Below are positions 24,521 through 38,839 of a stretch of 64,000 nucleotides of DNA, piece after piece. The notes under the pieces are model-generated. The model saw only the letters and a list, made by a program, of their open reading frames with translations. It was not told the origin of the DNA and ran no database searches. Source of the DNA: Squalus acanthias (Eukaryota); assembly GCA_030390025.1 (NCBI GenBank), contig CM059438.1:59522001-59586000 (forward strand), written 5' to 3'. Position 1 is the stretch's first letter. Every line of letters starts with the position of its first letter. Position numbers and translations under genes: made by a program.

Positions 24521-26136
24521 TCCAGTCACTTTCATTCATAAACTGGGGACTCATCAATTCAGATTCATTCATAAACTGGACATTCATCCATTCAGTTTCA
24601 TTCACAAACTGGGCACTAACAAATCCAATTTCTTGAATATTGGAATACCATTGATTCCTGGGGCTTTCCAGTTAGACACAAGCACGTGGAATTTCCGCAG
24701 GTCTTTTTCCAATCTACTTCTGTAACTTCAATTAAATCCGCGGAGAAAAGGCGAAAATGGATATAAAAGGGAGTTTAGGCTGTTTCTCCACCTAAGTTAC
24801 GGCAGTAGATCGGGAGCCCACCCCCGTGAGCTGCCTGTTTCCTGCCTCCTGTCTGCTTTTGAGGTGGGCAAAAAGTGGTCAACTATTTCTGTCATTACTG
24901 CTATCGCTCATGTTCAACCAAACCCATATACCTGTGGCTCACCTGTCAAACTAAGTAACGCAGTCACACGTGAACCAATATTCAAATTCCAACATTACAT
25001 CGGAACAAACTGTAGTTAAAGTTACATATATAACTCCACGGTGTAAATTAACTAAAAGAGAAAATGCCCGTTAATATGGAGATCGGGCTCCGATAATGAC
25101 ATCAGGAATTTTAGCCGTTGGCTTGCACAGTGAAGCTGTTTTGGCCAATCTAGCAGGGAGAGGATCCGATGCCAGAAGAGGCCCATAAACGTAAGCGGAT
25201 TTTCTTTTTTGACTGTTCTTGTCGGGCCAGGAGGAGCAGGAGTGCTACAGGAAAGTTGAAGCTCCCCCTGCCCCAAGGTTCGCACCCTCCCCTGACCTCC
25301 CTCCCAACCACTTATGAGTGCCAGGGATCGTTCCTTTGGGTCCCCATCTGTGGCCTCCTGGCTCTCAATGTCCTGCTCCCCCCTGCCAGCCAGCGAGCAC
25401 CTCCCGCCGGGTTTGAGCAGGTGACTCGAGCTATTAGGATCCGGAGGGTTTGCCACTCACTTCGGCCCCTGCCTGCACAGCCCCCACCCCAAGTCAAAAT
25501 TGGGGCTGAAGAGTTAGAGAGTAGGAGATCAGAGAGAAAGAGAGACTTCTTATTTTTGTGTTTGAGCAACATCACAGGAGATTCAATTAGTATTTATAAT
25601 ACAAGCTAAAAACTCTAGGGGCAAATAATTACTGCACAACTTCTCCTTCACCTGAGACTTAAATCTAGTACTGGACTCTGGCCGGCTTCGAGTTTACAAC
25701 CCTAGATCTAACCGTGTGTCTGGGTTCCTAGTTTCTGAATCTGAATTCGAATGGAGCATGTGATTCTGAATGGTCTCTTAAGTTTCATATTCCTTAAAGC
25801 ACCAGCCCCCAAACTGTGTAAGCTTCTTACGTTCTCTCCAATATCCACCGCTCCCAACGCACAGTCACAATTGAAGATGAAAGGGTAGATGTTCCTGACC
25901 CTTGTGCTCAGGGAATGCCCATTTCCATGGGTGGAAAGGTCAGGGAAAAGGGGTGCAGTCCTGTTTTGCCGGTTCTTCGCCCTGCTACGTTGCCTCAGGA
26001 TTTCCAGGACTTCCCAGAAAGGTCAGAGTGGACCTTGACTTGCAGTAGATACAACAGGCCCATCAAACCTACATTAATGAGGTGGGATGTGGCATTCCTG
26101 CCCACCTGCCTCATTTTGCTGGGACATCCTTGGCAG

Positions 26137-26500
26137 GGGGTCCCGACCGAGGGGCGCCCAGTGAAACATGGCGCTACAAACTGCCCTCGAGCCACCAGGG
26201 TCTGCGGGGGTCCCGACCGAGGGGCACCCAGTGAAACATGGCGCTACAAACTGCCCTCGAGCCACCAGGGTCTGCAGGTGTCCCGACCGAGGGGCACCCA
26301 GTGAAACATGGTGCTACAAACTGCCCTCGAGCCACCAGGGTCTGCAGGTGTCCCGGCAGAGGGGCGCCCAGTGAAACATGGCGCTACAAACTGCCCTCGA
26401 TCCACCAGGGTCTGCGGGGGTCCCGACCGAGGGGCGCCCAGTGAAACATGGCGCTACAAACTGCCCTCGAGCCACCAGGGTCTGCAGGTGTCCCGGCAGC
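26137..26500. repeat. 70-bp GC-rich tandem repeat, about 5 copies
   Basis: GGTCCCGACCGAGGGGCGCCCAGTGAAACATGGCGCTACAAACTGCCCTCGAGCCACCAGGGTCTGC repeated. Confidence 0.93.
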
Positions 26501-26599
26501 AACTCGAAGGTAGGAAGGTAAATAGCTCATTTTGATTTCCTCCATCTGCCTAGGAAGGTTTCAGGCATCAGCAGCTGGAAAGCCCCAATCTCAGATAAT

Positions 26600-27715
26600 A
26601 GACTTGTTCGCAAAATTAAAGCCCATGAGATTAAAGGGACAGTGACAGTGTCAATACAAAATTGGCTAAGCGACAGAAAGCAGAGAGTCGCGGTGAACGG
26701 TTGTTTTTCAGACTGAAGGGAAGTATACAGTAATGTTCTATATTAGAACCACTGCTCTTTTGGATATATATTAATGATCTGGACTTGGGTATACAGGGCA
26801 TAATTTCAAAGGTTGCAGATGACACGAAACTCGGGAATGTAGTAAACAATGAGGAGGATAGTAACAGACTTCAGGAGGACATTGACAGACTGGTGAAATG
26901 GGCAGACACATGGCAGATGAAATTTAACGCAGAGAAATGTGAAGTGATACATTTTGGTGGAAGAACGAGGAGAGGCAATATAAACTAAAGGGTACAATTT
27001 AAACAGGGTGCAGGAACAGAGAGACCTGGGGGGGGTGCGTATACAAATCGTTGAAGGTGGTAGGACAAGTTGAGAAGGCTGTTAAAAAAGTATATGGGAT
27101 CCTGGGCTTTATTAATAGAGGCAGAGTACAAAAAGCAGGAAGTTATGGTAAACCTTTATAAATCACTAGTTCGACCCCAGCTGGAGTATTGTGTCCAATT
27201 CTGGGCACCACACTTGAGGAAGGATGTCAAGGCCTTAGAGAGGGTGCAGAGGAGATTTACGAGAATGATTCCAGGGTTGAGGGACTTCAGTTATGTGGAG
27301 AGAGTAGAGAAGCTGGGGTTGTTCTCCTTAGAGCAGAGACGGTTAAGGGGAGATTTAACAGAAGTGTTCAGAATCATGAAGGGTTTTGATAGAATAAATA
27401 AGAAGAAACTGTTCCCATTGGCAGAAGGGTCGAGAACCAGAGGACACCGATTTAAGGTGATTGGCAAAAGAGCCAGAGGCGACATGAGGATTTTTTTTAA
27501 TACAGCGAGTTGTTGTGATCTGGAATGCGCTTCCTGAAAGGGCATGTGGAAGCAGATTCACCAGTAACTTTCTAAAGAGAATCGGATAAATACTTGAAGG
27601 AAAAAAATTACAGGGCTATGGGGAAAGAGCAGGAGAGTGGGACTAATTGGATAGCTGTTTCAAAGAGCCGGCACGGGCACGATGGGCTCCTTCTGTGCTG
27701 TATCACTCTATGACT
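26600..27715 (+). mobile_element. CR1 LINE 3' fragment
   Basis: ADDTKLG, LVRPQLEYCVQFW, RRLRGDL; tail tatcactctatgactc. Confidence 0.93.
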
Positions 27716-28179
27716 CAGAGGACTGAACATCCAGTGGTAGGCCCCAGAGGGCAGCACCTGTGCTCAGAATTTCCTGCCTGGGAGATGGCCTGTGCTGGCG
27801 GTGTCCCTGACAAGTGCTGGTGCTCTTAGGCCTGGACAGGTGCAGTGCGCTTCAGGAAGGAGGGGGACCAGGAAGATTGACTGTGCCGTTCTTGCTCTGA
27901 CTTCACACAAAGGGGTGTGAGGCTGCACTTCACCTGCTGTAATCCTTCGGCATTCTTTACATTCTTGTGGCTTGAGGAGGAAATTTGTCAAATATCGAGT
28001 CTGGGGTTAGTATTGGTCCTGTTGTGTTGTGGAGAAAGCCAAGCAGGAAGCTGTGTTGCTGCACCATAAGGGTTACTGCTCACGAAGATGCTTATCACTT
28101 CCTGTGACATTCTCTGATGATTTTCTGTTGGTTTCCTTGTAAATTTTTAATGTTAATCCTACCTTAAGTGTTACTCCGG

Positions 28180-28540
28180 TGAGGGAGTGTGGCACTGTCA
28201 GGGATGCTGTCTTTTAGATGAGCCGTTAAACCGAGGCCCCATCTGCCCTCTCAGGTGAACATAAAAGATCCCGTGGCACTATTTCGAAGAAGAGCTGGGG
28301 AGTTCTCCACGGTGTCCTGGCCAATATTTATTCCTCAACCCAACATCACTAAAACAGATTATCTGGCCATTATCACATTGCTGTTTGTGGGATCTTGCTG
28401 TGCGCAAATTTGCTACCCCGTTTCCTACATTACAACAGTGACTACACTTCAAATGTACTTCATTGGCTGTAAAGCGCTTTGAGACGTCCTAAGGTTTTGA
28501 AAGGCGCTATAGAAATGCAAGATGTTTCTTTCTTTCTTTA
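28180..28540 (+). mobile_element. Deu-domain SINE lacking its 5' part
   Basis: Close match to 59090-59440. Confidence 0.8.
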
Positions 28541-28930
28541 CATGCTTGTCAGGTTTTTATCTTTATATACGTTGTGTTGCTGAGAGCTGTAAAATGCCAT
28601 CTGATCCAGTACCATCATTAAGCAGCTCCCCTCAGGGCTCCACAAGTCATGAAAGGCTGAAGCACACTGCAGTTAACCTGCTGACTGCAGCTGCACAGAG
28701 CTCACCTCAGGAGTAACAGGCTATCCAATCGGACCCTAATCCTCAAACCAGTCCTGACACGTTACCCAATCAGATCCTGATCCCCAAACCAGTCCTGACA
28801 CGCTATCCAATGACACCCTGATTCAAGCTCAGTCATTGGCAGTCAAACAGTATCAGCTGATGCACAGAGTGGTCTTAAACTAAACAGAGAGTAAAAGTTG
28901 GGACTTTGGAGAGAGTGGGAATTTGATGCA

Positions 28931-29147
28931 GAGGAGGAAGGAGGAAGGAGGAAGGAGGAAGGAGGAAGGAGGAAGGAGGAAGGAGGAAGGGAGGAAGGGA
29001 GGAAGGAGGAAGGGAGGAAGGGAGGAAGGAGGAAGGGAGGAAGGGAGGAAGGAGGGAGGAAGGGAGGAAGGAGGGAGGAAGGGAGGAAGGAAGGAGGGAA
29101 GGAAGGAGGGAAGGAAGGAAGGAAGGAGGAAGGAAGGAGGAAGGAGG
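28931..29147. repeat. Polypurine (GGAA/GGAG) low-complexity tract
   Basis: Directly visible. Confidence 0.95.
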
Positions 29148-29224
29148 TGCTGTTTTTTGCCTTGAATATTTGCAGTGGTTTGTGTTACAGGTAAATATTT
29201 AATTTAATCTAATTTAATTCACTA

Positions 29225-31570
29225 TTGGATCTAGTAATGGGGAATGAACCAGAGCAGATAAGAGAAGTAAAGGTAGGGGAACATATAGGCAATAGTGACC
29301 ATAATATAATACGCTTTAAGGTGATAATTGAGAAGGACATAAGTATGATGAAAACCAGGTTAATAGGTTGGAGAAAAGCTGATTTTGAGGGGCTGAGAAT
29401 AGAACTTAGGAAAAAAAATGGGCAACGATATTGGCAAACAATGATGTAGAACAGCAATGGGAAACATTTAAAACTGTGTTCAACAGAGTGAAGGAAAAAT
29501 ATATTCTACTAAAAGGAAAGAACAAACTAAACAATAATGAGACTCCATGGATGAATAAAGCCATAAGGGAACAATTGAGGGTAAGGAAAGAGGCATACAT
29601 TAAGTACATAGACAGCAGGGGAGTGCATGATGAGAGAGAATACGAAAAGATTAGGAGAGAAGTCAAAAACAATTAGGGAGGCAATGACGAACTATGAAAT
29701 TAAGTTATCAAGGAACATAAAACAAAATAGTAAAATATTTTATAGGCACATCAATAAAAAAGGAAGGTTGGGATGGGAATAGGGCCATTAAGGGATAGTC
29801 TGCATAATACCACAGGTAACGATAGAGAGATGGCAGAAATATTAAATAATTGTTTTGCTTCAGTATTTACCAGGGAGATAGAACAGGTGGACATGACATT
29901 GGATAATGAGATTAGTAATGAGACAAGTGCATTAAAAAATTTTTTAAAGGGATATATAAAAAAAGGGGATATATTAAATAAATTAATCAAACTGAAAGAG
30001 GATAAAGCCCCTGGTCCGGATGGATTGCATCCACGCATTTTAAAAGAATCTAGGGAAGAGATAGCAGAGGCATTACTACGCATATTTAATAATTCATTAG
30101 AAAAAGGTATAGTGCCAGAGGACTAGCGGATAGCTAACGTAATACCGATATTTAAGAAGGGGGATAGAACATGTTCAGGGAACTATAGACCAGTCAGCTC
30201 AACATCGGTGGTAGGAAAAATAATGGAATCCCTACTAAAGGAGAAAATAGAAGAACATCTAGAAACCAGAAATATAATAATGAATAGTCAACATAGATTT
30301 CAAAAGGGAAAGTCTTGCTTGACCAACCTTATTGAATTTTTTGAAGAGGTAACAGAGAGAGTAGAGAATGGTAATGCAGTAGATATAATTTATCTGGATT
30401 TTCAAAAGGCCTTCGATAATGTACCCCATAATAGACTGATGAACAAGGTCAGAGAATGCGGAGTCAGGGGACAAGTAGCAGAATGGATTGCTGGCTGGCT
30501 TCAGGACAGAAAGATAGTAGCAGTAAAGGGTAGCTATTCACAGTGGCAGAAGGTGGGTAGTGGTGTTCCACAAGGATCAGTGCTGGGACCACTGCTGTTC
30601 ACAAATTACATTAACGATTTAGTCTTGGGAATCAAAAACACAATTACTAAATTTGCGGATGACACCAAATTGGGCAGGATAGTCAGTACTGAGGAGGACT
30701 GCAACAAGTTACAGGAGGACATTAATAAACTTGCAGAATGGGCATATAATTGGCAAATGAAGTTCAACACAGATAAATGTGAGGTATTACATTTTGGTAG
30801 GAAGAATAGGGAGGTCACTTATCACTTGGAGGGTGCGAGTCCAGGTGGGGTAGAGGAACAAAGGGATCTAGGAGTACAAATCTCTAAAAGTTGCGACACA
30901 GGTTAGCAAGGCCATAAAAAAAGCAAACCAAGCACTAGGGTTTATTTTTGGAGGGATAGAATTGAAAAGTAGGGAAGTTATGCTAAACCTGTATCAAACC
31001 TTGGTTAGACCACACTTCGAGTACTGCGTACAGTTCTGGTCGCCATATTATAAAAAGGATATAGAGGCACTGGAGAGGGTTCAGAAGATTTACAAGGATG
31101 ATACCAGAAATGCGAGGGTATACAAATCAGGAAAGGATGAACAGGCTGGGTCTCTTTTCTCTTGAAACAAGAAGGCTGAGGGGTGACCTAGCGGAGGTCT
31201 TTAAAATTATGAAAAATTTTGATAGAGTGGATACAGAGAGAATGTTTCCACTTGTGGGGAAGAGCATAACTAGAGGCCATCAATATAAGATAGTCACCAA
31301 GAAATCCAATAGGGAATTCAGAAGAAACTTCTTTACCCAGAGAGTGGTGAGAATGTGGAACTCGTTACCACAGGGAGTGGCTGAAGTGAATAGATGTATT
31401 TAAGGGGAGGCTAGACAAGCATATGAGGGAAAAGGGAATAGAGGGTTATGCTGATAGATTTAGATGAGGAAAGACGGGAGGAGGCTCGTGTGGAGCATAA
31501 ATGCCGGCATGGACTGGTTGGGCCAAAAGGCATGTTTCTGTGCCATATATCCTATGTAATCCTGTGTAAT
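29225..31570 (+). mobile_element. 5'-truncated CR1 LINE (end of endonuclease through RT and 3' UTR)
   Basis: GNSDHN, KAPGPDGLHP, YLDFQKAFD, FADDTK; tail cctatgtaatcctgtgtaat. Confidence 0.95.
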
Positions 31571-31599
31571 AACGTAAACTAGATCAAGTAATTAGTTAA

Positions 31600-33890
31600 A
31601 AAAACTAAACTATAAGCTAAGTTAATTAAATACATAAACTTTAATTAATTAAATAAAACCAGGTTATATCGGGATGGCAGTGCAGGTGGTGTGCCGCATC
31701 TGCAGCACATGGGAGTTTGTGGAGAGCATTGTGATCCCGGACAACCATGTCTGTAGTAATTGTCTGCAACTCGAGGAACTTCAGCACAGTGTTCTTGAGC
31801 TGGAGTCCGAGGTGCCGACATTGCGGGGCATCAGAGAGGGGGAGAGTTACCAGGACACTTTGATCCAGGAGGCAGTCACACTCCTTAGGTTAGGTAGTGG
31901 TACAGGTCTGGTTAGTGGTCAGGGACAGGAGGGTGTGACAGCTACTCAGGCAGGTAGGGGACCCCAGGTGCAGTGCTGGAGGAGTCTCAGCCTTTGCCCT
32001 TATCCAACAGGTACAAGGTTCTTGCTGCCGGTGTGGATGAGGGCAAAGTCTGCAGGGTGGATGAGTAAACTGACCACGGCACCGTGGTGCAGGAGGCCAT
32101 TCAAGTGGGGGGAGTGAAAAGGAATGTTGTAGTGGTAGGGGAGAGTATAGTCAGGGGGATAGATGATATTCTCCGCAGCCGCAACCGGGAGTTCCGATGG
32201 CTGTGTTGCCTGCCCAGGGTTGAGGATATCTCCTCGCGGCCGGAGAGGAACTTGGAGTGGGAAGGGGAGGATCCAGTTGTCGTGGTCCACGTAGGAACCA
32301 ATGACCTAGGTAGAACTAGGAATGAGGTTCTGCTGAGAGTTTGAGGAGCTAGGGTCCAAATTAAAAAGCAGAACCTCAAAGGTAATAATTTCTGGATTGT
32401 TACATGAGCCACGTGCAAATTGGCATAGGGACAAACAGATTCGGAAGTTAAATGCGTGGCTGAAAGAGTGGTGTGGGAGGCGGGAGTTTCAATTCATGGG
32501 GCACTGGCATCAGTACTGGGGAAAGAGGGACAGCCTCCACTTAAACCGGGCTGGGATCAGTGTCCTGGCGAATCGAATAACTAAGGCGGTAGATAGGGCT
32601 TTAAACTAATGAATGGGGAGAGGGGTTGGGAGGATCAGGAAAGTGTAAATTCAAAAGTAGTAAAAGAAATGTCAAGGCTGTAGAGTAGAGTAGTGATTTG
32701 AGTAAAAATAAGCAGAGTGGGTCAGGAAGGGACAGAGAGCTTAATGAAGGTAATAGGGCATCAGTGACTAAGGTGACATCAGGGGAAAAAAAGTCAAAGC
32801 TAAAGGCACTATATCTGAATGCACAAAGCATTCACAACAAAATAGAGGAGTTAATAGCAGTGATAGAAATAAATGGGTTTGATCCAATAGCCATTACAGA
32901 GATGTGTTTGCAGAGTGACCAAGGTTGGGAACTAATACGTGGACATGTGACTTTTAGAAGAGATAGGCAGAATGGAAAAGAAGCGGGGGTGGGGTAGCCC
33001 TGATAATAAAGGATGTGATAAAGACAGTAGAGAGAAAGGACCTTAGCTCGGAAAAACAAGATGTAGAATCACTTTGGGTGGAGCTAAGAAATGACAAGGG
33101 GCATAAAACACTAGTGGGAGCAGTTTATAGGCCTCCTAACAGTAATATAAATCAAGAAATTAGAGGTGCATGGAACAAGGGTAATACAATAATCATGGGG
33201 GACTTTAATTTTCATATTGGGCAAACCAAATTTGCAGTAATAGTGGAGGATGAGTTCATGGAATGTATTCAAGATAGTTTTCTAGATCAGTATGTCGAGG
33301 AACCAACTAGGGAACAGGCTATTGTGCAATGAGACAGGGTTAATTAATAATCTTGCAGTAAAGGAGCCTCTGGGGAGCAGTGATCATAATATAATAGAAT
33401 TTATGTTGAGTTTGAGAGTGGTTTAGTTCAGACCAAAACTAGGGTCTTAAATCTGAACAAAGCAAACTACGTAGGTATGAGAGGTGAGTTGGCTAAGGTA
33501 GGTTGAGAAGCTAGGTTAAAAGATATGACGGTAAATAATTCATAATTCACAATGAATATACATTCCCATAAGGAATAAAAAACCCACGGGAAAAATGGTC
33601 CAACCGTGGCTAACAAGAGAAGTTAAAGATAGTATTAGATCAAAGGAAGCGGCTTCTAATGTTGCCAAAAAGAGTAGTAAGCCTGAGGATTTTAGAATTC
33701 AGCAAAGGAGGACCAATAAATTGATAAAGAGAGAGAAAATAGAATGAGCGTAAACTAGCAAGAGATATAGAAACAGATTGTAAAAGCTTCTATAGGTATG
33801 TAAAAAGAAAGAGATTAGCAAAAGTAAATGTGGGTCCCTTACAGGTAGAGACAGGAGAAATTATAAGGGGGAATAAGGCAATGGGAGAGA
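31600..33890 (+). mobile_element. CR1 LINE 5' half, decayed (ORF1 zinc finger/esterase and ORF2 endonuclease)
   Basis: CRICSTWEF...HVCSNC, VVGESIVRG, HVGTND, LYLNAQSI, GAVYRPP, MGDFN. Followed by an inverted CR1 tail at about 33891-33995. Confidence 0.9.
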
Positions 33891-34483
33891 CATAGGAAGG
33901 AACATAGGAACAGGAGTAGGCCATTTAGCCCCTCGAGCCTGTTCCGCCATTCAATGAGATCATGGCTGAACTGTGACCTAACTCCATATACCCGCCTTTT
34001 CGAATCCGAACCTGTTTTGGACCCTTCTCCTACACACTGTTCAAACACTGACCGACCTCAGTCCTTAGCAGAATATTGAATAAAGGATTGAGGGGGTGGA
34101 GTAAATGCAATTTTGCACATATTTATGCTTCCAGCTGTGGCTCAGTGGTAGAACTCGAACTATCTATCTATGATTTCACACGAATTTCTCAAATTTATAT
34201 CTAATGCGAACATATACCTGATCATATTCTGCCCACGCCCTGCAATATTCAACCTACAACTGATCATATTAAGCCTGCACCTTGTAATATTCAGCTTGCA
34301 CCCTGAAATATCCTGCAATACCAAAATTATGCCCTGTAGCACTCAAACTACACACTGAAATACTCAAACTAAACCCTGCCATATCCAACTTGTACCCCTA
34401 AATACTCACATTGCACACTGCAATACTCAAATTACATCCTAAAATATTCAAACTGCATTCTGCAATACCAAAGCTTCTTATTT

Positions 34484-37470
34484 TATTCATTTATGGGATG
34501 TAGGCGTCGCTGGCAATGCCAGCATTTATTGCCCATCCCTAATTGCCCTTGAGAAGGTGGTGGTGGTGAGCTGCCTTCTTGAACCGCTGCAGTTTGTGTG
34601 GTGAAGGTACTCCCACAGTACTGTTGGGGAGGGAGTTCCAGGATTTTGACCCAGCGACAATGAAGGATCGCCGATATACTTCTAAGTCAGGATGGTGTGT
34701 GACTTGGAGGGGAACTTGGAGGTGGTGGTGTTCCCATGCGCCTGCTGCCCTTGTCCTTCTAGGTGGAAGAGGTCATGGGTTTGGGAGCTGCTGCCGAAGA
34801 AGCCTTGGCGAGTTGCTGCAGTGCATCTTGTAGATGGTACACACTGCAGCCACGGTGCGCCAGTGGTGGAAGGAGTGAATGTTTAAGGTGGTGGATGGGG
34901 TGCCAATCAAGCAGGCTGCTTTGTCCTGGATGGTGTCAAGCTTCTTGAGTGTTGTTGAAGCTGTACTCATCCAGGCAAGTGGAGAGTATTCCATCACACT
35001 CCTTACTTGTGCTTGTAGATGGTGGAAAGGCTTTGGGGAGTCAGGAGGTGAGACACTCGCCGCAGAATACCTAGCTTCTGACCTGCTCTTGTTGCCACAG
35101 TATTTATGTGGCTGGTCCAGTTAAGCTTCTGGTCAATGCTGACCCTCAGGATGTTGATGGTGGGGGATTCGGTGATGGTAATGCCGTTGAATGTCAAGGG
35201 GCGGTAGTTAGACTCTCACTTGTTGGAGATAGTCATTGCCCGGCACTTCTGTGGCGCGAATGTTACCTGCCACTTATCAGCCCAAGCCTGAACGTCGTCC
35301 AGGTCTTGTTGCATGCGGGCATGAACTGCTTCATCATCTGAGGAGTTGTGAATGGCACTGAACACTGTGCAGTCATCAGCGAACATCCCCATTTCTGACC
35401 TTATGTTGGAGGGACGGTCATTGATGAAGCAGCTGAAGATGGTTGGGACTAGGACACTGCCCTGAGGAACTCCTGCAGCGATGTCCTGGGGCTGTGATGA
35501 TTGAACTCCAACCAGCACAACCATCTTCCTTTGTGCTAGGGATGACTCCAGCCACTGAAGAGTTTCCCCCCCTTTCCCATTGACTTCAGTTTTACTAGGG
35601 CTCCTTGATGCCACACTCAGTCAAATGCTGCCTTGATGTCAAGGGCAGTCACACTCACTTCACCTCTGGAATTCAGCTCCTTTGTCCATGTTTGGAACTC
35701 TCACTTCGCCTCTGGAATTCAGCTCCTTTGTCCATGTTTGGACCAAGGCTGTAATGATGTCGGGAGCTGATTGGTCTTGGCGGAACCCAAACTGGGCATA
35801 AGTGAGCAGGTTATTGGTGAGTAAGTGCCACTTGATAGCAGTCAATGACCCCTACCATCACTTTGCTGATAATTGAGAGTAGACTGATGGGGCAGTAATT
35901 GGCTGGATTGGATTAGTTCTGCTTTTTGTGGACAGGACATACCTCGGCAGTTTCCCCATTGTCGGATAGATGCCAGTGTTGTAGCTGTACTGGAACAGCT
36001 TGGCTAGAAGCGCGGCTAGTTCTGGAGCACAAGTTTTCAGCACGATAGCCGGGATGTTGTCGGGGCCCATAGCCTTTGCTGTATCCAGTGCGCTCAGCCG
36101 TTTCTTAATATCACATGGAGTGAATCGAACTGGCTGAAGACTGGCTTCTGTGATGGTGGGGACCGCAGGAGGAGGCCGATATGGATCATCCGCTCGGCAC
36201 TTCTGGCTGAAAATGGTTGCAAATGCTTCAGCCTTGTATTTTGCACTCACGTGCTGAGCTCCACCATCATTGAGGATAGGGATATTCATGGAGTCTCCTC
36301 CTCCCGACAGTTGTTTAATTGTCCACCATCATTCACGACTGGATGTGGCAGGACTGCAGAGCTTTGATCTGATCTGTTGATTGTGGGATCGCTTAGCCCT
36401 ATCTATAGCATGCTGCTTCCGCTGTTTAGCATGCATGTAGTCCTGTGTTGCAGCTTCCCCAGGTTGGCACCTCATTTTTAGGTACGCCTGGTGCTTCTCC
36501 TGGCATGCTCTTCTACACTCCTCATTGAACCAGGGTTGGTTCCCTGGCTTGATGGTAATGGTAGAGTGCGGGATATGCCAGGCCATGAGGTTACAGATTG
36601 TGGTGGAATAAAATTCTGCTGCTGCTGCTGGCCCACAGCGCTTCATGGATGCCCAGTTTTCAGCTGCTAGATCTGTTCTGAATCTATCCCATTTAGCACA
36701 GTGGTAATGCCACACAACAAGATGGAGGGTGTCCTCAGTGGGAAGACGGGACTTTGTCTCCACAATGACTGTGCGGTGGTCACTGCTAAAAATACTGTCA
36801 GGGACAGATGCATCGGCGACAGGTAGATTGGTGAGGACGAGGTCAAGTAGGTTTTTCCCTCGTGTTGGTTCTCTCACCACCTGTTGCAGGCTCAGACTAG
36901 CAGCTATGTCCTTAAGGACTCGGCCAGCTCGGTCAGTAGTGGTGCTACTGAGCCACTCTTGGTGATGGACATTGAAGTCCCCCACCCAGAGTACATTCTG
37001 TGCCCTTGCTACTCTCAGTGCTTCTTCCAAGTGGTGTGCAACATTCATCAGCTGAGGGAGGGTGATAGGTGGTAATCAGCAGGTGGTTTCCTTGCCCATG
37101 CTTGACCTGAAGCCATGAGACTTCATGAGGTCAGGAGTCAATGTTGAGTACTCCCAGGGACACTCCTTCCCGACTGTATACCACTGTGCCACCACCCCTG
37201 GTAGGTCTGTCCTGCTGGTGGGACAGGACATACCCTGGGATGGTGATGGAGGAGTCTGGGACATTGGCTGAAAGGTATGATTCTGTGGGTATGACTGTCA
37301 GGCTGCTGCTAGACTAGTCCGTGGGACAGCGCTCCCAATTTTGGCACAAGGCCCCAGATGTTGGTGAGAGGGACTTTGCAGGGTTGACTTGGCTGGGTGC
37401 GCCGTTGCCTTGTCCGTAGCCGGTGCTGAGGTCGAGGTCGATGCCTGGTGGTCCATCTGGTTTCATTCTT
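34484..37470 (-). mobile_element. Near full-length decayed L2/CR1-superfamily LINE (second family)
   Basis: VGDFNVHH, KNLLDLVLTN, SDH, KAMGPDNIP, QFGFR, GVPQGSVL, MFADDCT across several frames. Confidence 0.93.
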
Positions 37471-37472
37471 AT

Positions 37473-38129
37473 GAGGCAGAAATTCCGATCCGTACGGGCT
37501 GTGTACTCACCCGAAGGGCCAACGGAAATGCCGGTTTTAGGCATGCACTGCGCATGCGTTGGAAACTCCGCCTGCCCGCGAGCAGGGCCTCTGCGGGTGG
37601 AGAGTTCCGTTGTGTGGAGACCCTCCGCCCGCAGAAAACACTTACAATTCTTGCGCCTGCTTTTACCAGGATAAGAGTTGAAAAAAGTTTAAAAAAAAGT
37701 TTCCACTGATTTATCATTTAAAAATACTTTAAAGAAAGGTAAGTTTATTTTTAGTCCCGTTAAAAACTTGAATTTTTTTCAAAAAATAAAATTTTTGTTT
37801 AAAATACTTAATTTATTGTAATTTAAAGTCATTTTGAAAATGTGATTTTTTTTTTTAATTTATTTTAAAGTTTTACTATGTTTTGGGGGTGATCTCTTCA
37901 TATATTTGACAGGTCTTCCTGTCAAATGTATGAAGGGAGATTCCCTTCTCTGATTGGCTCCCCATGGCCCACGTGATCCAAGGGACGCTGCGAACTGCCT
38001 GCGCCCCTGGGATACGTGGGCCCTGCGCAACGGCAGTTTGGAGAGGCCCAGTAACGGAACTCTGCGCCTCCCGGGAGCCCTCCGGTCTAGGCGCAGATTT
38101 TTCCAGCCTGCGATCGGAATTTCTGGGCC
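37473..38129. mobile_element. Non-autonomous TIR element (PIF/Harbinger-like MITE) with AT-rich centre
   Basis: Terminal inverted repeats (gagg)cagaaattccgatc ... gatcggaatttctg(ggcc). Confidence 0.7.
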
Positions 38130-38134
38130 AATTT

Positions 38135-38837
38135 TGGGGCAAAAATTGGGTCGCGCCCCCTTTGGGGTGCTAATTTTAACGCCCCGAAAAAGTTAGCACC
38201 CCACGCCTGAAATTCGATTGTAGTGCCCCAAGCAGGATCCGGGGTGCTACTGGAAGTGCTACCCCTCCCTCTCGGGGCGCTCCAGCCCAATATTGCGGCA
38301 TTATGTGCCACAGCGCCATGCACGCCGGCACGTCGCGCTGTGGTACTGTAGGCCTCCCTCCCCTTATTAAAGGGGAGGGGCCTTGCGCAGCACGAACCGG
38401 GGCCCAGCTGGGCCACCAGGGAACTGGGTGCCGGCAAAAGAGCCCGGCACTCGAGCAGTGCCGGGCTGCCCGATCGCGGCCGGCACCCCACGGGGAGACG
38501 GCAGAGGGGGCAGGTGCTGGCAGGCGGCCAGCACTTCCCCTTTAAATATTGCTGCCCCGGCCGCACGTACGCCCCCCCTGACCCTGTCGGACGTAGCATC
38601 TCGCGGTACGTCAGGGGGCACGACCGAAGTTTGCGGTCGGTGCGCGAGCGGGGCGCTGCGCATGGCGATGCCGTCATTGCCAGAGGCACAGCGCTGCAGG
38701 GTGCTACCGGCTACTGCCGCCGCTACCTCCTGCTGAATTTCACGGGAAGCGTTAGCAGTGCCGCGCCTGGGCGCGAGTAGTTTGGCGCCCCGTTAATGCG
38801 CTAACGGGAGGTGCAAAGCAAACGAATTTTGCCCCCC
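38135..38837. mobile_element. Non-autonomous Harbinger derivative (MITE)
   Basis: TIRs ggggcaaaaatt / aattttgcccc. The right subterminal cgcgcctgggcgc...gcgctaacgggagg(t/c)gcaaa is shared with 58260-58347. Confidence 0.8.
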
Positions 38838-38839
38838 AA

